Below are positions 62,513 through 64,000 of a DNA stretch of 64,000 bases, one piece after another. A program made the translations under genes and the position numbers. The DNA is from an uncultured Clostridium sp. (GTDB lineage Bacteria; Cyanobacteriota; Vampirovibrionia; Gastranaerophilales; Gastranaerophilaceae). The stretch spans positions 125 through 64,124 of the forward strand of contig CAZUKK010000010.1 of the NCBI GenBank assembly GCA_964620875.1. The letters run 5' to 3'. How positions within the stretch are numbered: position 1 is the first letter of the stretch; each line of letters begins with the position of its first letter. Below the pieces are notes generated by a model. The model was given only the letters and a program-made list of their open reading frames with translations. It ran no database searches and was not told the origin of the DNA.

Positions 62513-63937
62513 TTAACCTTTCAAATTCGATTTAATATCATTAAGTTCGTTTGCCAAATTTGTATCAGTTTTAACCTTATTAGAAACCATATCACATGAA
62601 TACATAATAGTTGTGTGTTTTTTATCAAAAAATTCACCAATTGCCTCATAACTCATTCCCAAAACTTCACGTGATAAATAAATTGCAACATGCCTTGCGT
62701 GAGCTATTTTTTGTTGACGTGCTGTGCTTTTCAATTCTTTTACAGTTAAGTCATAATAATCTGCAGTAACTTGAGCAATCTTATCAACCGTAATATCTTT
62801 TTTACGGACCTCGCAATTCAAAGCTTTGCATGCCAAATCAAAAGTTACTCCCAGTCCTGAAAATTCTGCATACGCACTAACCTTATTAAATGCACCTTTC
62901 AGTTCTCTAACATTATTTACAAAATTATCCGCAATATATTCAAACACCTCGTCTTCAGCTTCGACTTCCAATTCTTTTGCATAAGCCTTTACAATTTCAA
63001 ATCTTGTTTCAAAATCCGGCGGAACAATATCAACAACAAGCCCCATTTCAAAACGAGTTCGCAAACGATTATCCAAAGTCGGAATATCTTTTGGTAATCT
63101 GTCTGATGCTATTACAATCTGCTTGTTGTTTGTATATAAAGCTTCAAATGTGGAGAAAAAATCCTCCATCGTTTTCATTTTAGATTCAATAAATTGAATA
63201 TCGTCCATCAACAAAACATCAACATTTTGAAATTTTTGGTGAAATTTACGCATCAATGTATTATTACAAGTCTGCTTTTTCTTTGCATTAGGAGAATCAT
63301 TATATTGAAAACATTTGACCCATTCGTTAAAATATTCTTCCATTCTGATATAACGAACTTTTAAATTAGGCTTGTTAAAAATTATATAATGCCCGATTGC
63401 CTGCATCAAGTGAGTTTTACCAAGTCCTGATGCACCATATATAAATAACGGATTAAATTTTTTAGACGGATTATTCGCAACAGAAAATGCTGCATTATAA
63501 GCAAATTTTGAATTTTCTCCAACTACAAAATTCTCAAATTTCAAATTTAAATTCAAATTAGCATTGGACTGCATTTGAGCAAGCGACAATTTTGCATCTT
63601 GTTCTTTTTTTTCTTCTTCTGTTTGTCCGGCAATTTGTTTTGCCATCTCTTTTTTTCGGGCTTTAATGTATTTACCTGCGTAATCAGAATCAAAGCTTAA
63701 CGAATATGTAGCATCCTCACCCAAGATTGTTTTTACTGCAGATTTGATAGAATCTGCCCAACCTTTTTTTAAAATATCAACTGCCATTGGGTGAGGAGAT
63801 AAAATAACTAAAGTATTATTTTCAAAATCCACCGCTTCTAACGGTGTTATCCATGTCTGAAAAACATGTTCTGGAACATTAACCTCTAACTCGTCTTTAA
63901 CCCTATTCCATAATACATTAACTTCCGCAATATCCAT
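62513..63937 (-). CDS. dnaA: chromosomal replication initiator DnaA
   Basis: FENFVVGENSKFAYNAA, Walker A GASGLGKTHLMQAIG, LLMDDIQF, NVRELKGA and the domain IV pattern ARHVAIYLSRE..G.SY..IG..F....HTTI. Confidence 0.95.
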   Translation of the reverse strand: MDIAEVNVLWNRVKDELEVNVPEHVFQTWITPLEAVDFENNTLVILSPHPMAVDILKKGWADSIKSAVKTILGEDATYSLSFDSDYAGKYIKARKKEMAKQIAGQTEEEKKEQDAKLSLAQMQSNANLNLNLKFENFVVGENSKFAYNAAFSVANNPSKKFNPLFIYGASGLGKTHLMQAIGHYIIFNKPNLKVRYIRMEEYFNEWVKCFQYNDSPNAKKKQTCNNTLMRKFHQKFQNVDVLLMDDIQFIESKMKTMEDFFSTFEALYTNNKQIVIASDRLPKDIPTLDNRLRTRFEMGLVVDIVPPDFETRFEIVKAYAKELEVEAEDEVFEYIADNFVNNVRELKGAFNKVSAYAEFSGLGVTFDLACKALNCEVRKKDITVDKIAQVTADYYDLTVKELKSTARQQKIAHARHVAIYLSREVLGMSYEAIGEFFDKKHTTIMYSCDMVSNKVKTDTNLANELNDIKSNLKG

Positions 63938-64000
63938 ATTAAAAGTCTACAATAAAAACATTACTAAAAAAAGTTTAGCTAAGCTTTCGTAAAAATTTCT

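Noticed and set aside
63938-64000. oriC / DnaA boxes upstream of dnaA
   Set aside because: Only 63 nt of upstream sequence are in the window. No TTATCCACA-like box is visible in it.

Overview
AT-rich (by eye about one-third GC) chromosomal segment of a diderm bacterium. Diderm and surface markers are lpxD-lpxC-fabZ, a skp-like gene, an hldE-like gene, pilT and comEC. The window ends at ruvA-dnaA. The lineage cannot be fixed from this sequence alone. There are three layers. (1) 520-11775 is an ~11.3 kb integrated element in the 3' end of tRNA-Asn(GUU), bounded by a 12-bp direct repeat. It carries a large serine recombinase, an XRE regulator and a P-loop plus primase replication module, but no virion genes, which is a phage-satellite/PICI-like layout. 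Its candidate anti-phage cargo is threefold: an XRE / Abi-UG-type reverse transcriptase / Abi-alpha(DUF4393)-like operon; a translationally coupled pair of a zinc-ribbon NDT-like gene (apparently frameshifted) and an unknown gene; and a PD-(D/E)xK nuclease with zinc ribbons. (2) Ordinary housekeeping genes: bioB (partial), a BI-1 family protein, a TPR protein, icd-type dehydrogenase, rtcB, a GH57 branching enzyme, an SLT transglycosylase, comEC, pilT, recO, an M16 peptidase, mutS, ruvB, an L,D-transpeptidase, recG, yjbQ, fabZ, lpxC, lpxD, asd, lipA, ruvA and dnaA. (3) Interspersed uncharacterised proteins that are large, low-complexity or secreted-looking. Several sit behind near-identical sigma-28 (FliA)-type promoters. 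They include two paralogues with flagellin-like architecture (conserved coiled-coil ends, unrelated cores) and two giant LysM-containing proteins. Other items are a 345-bp element with perfect 30-bp terminal inverted repeats just downstream of ruvA, REP-like hairpins with compensatory changes, and a small cassette at tRNA-Asp flanked by 14-bp repeats. No rRNA genes or CRISPR arrays were seen. All family assignments are made by eye from motifs and need HMM or structure confirmation.
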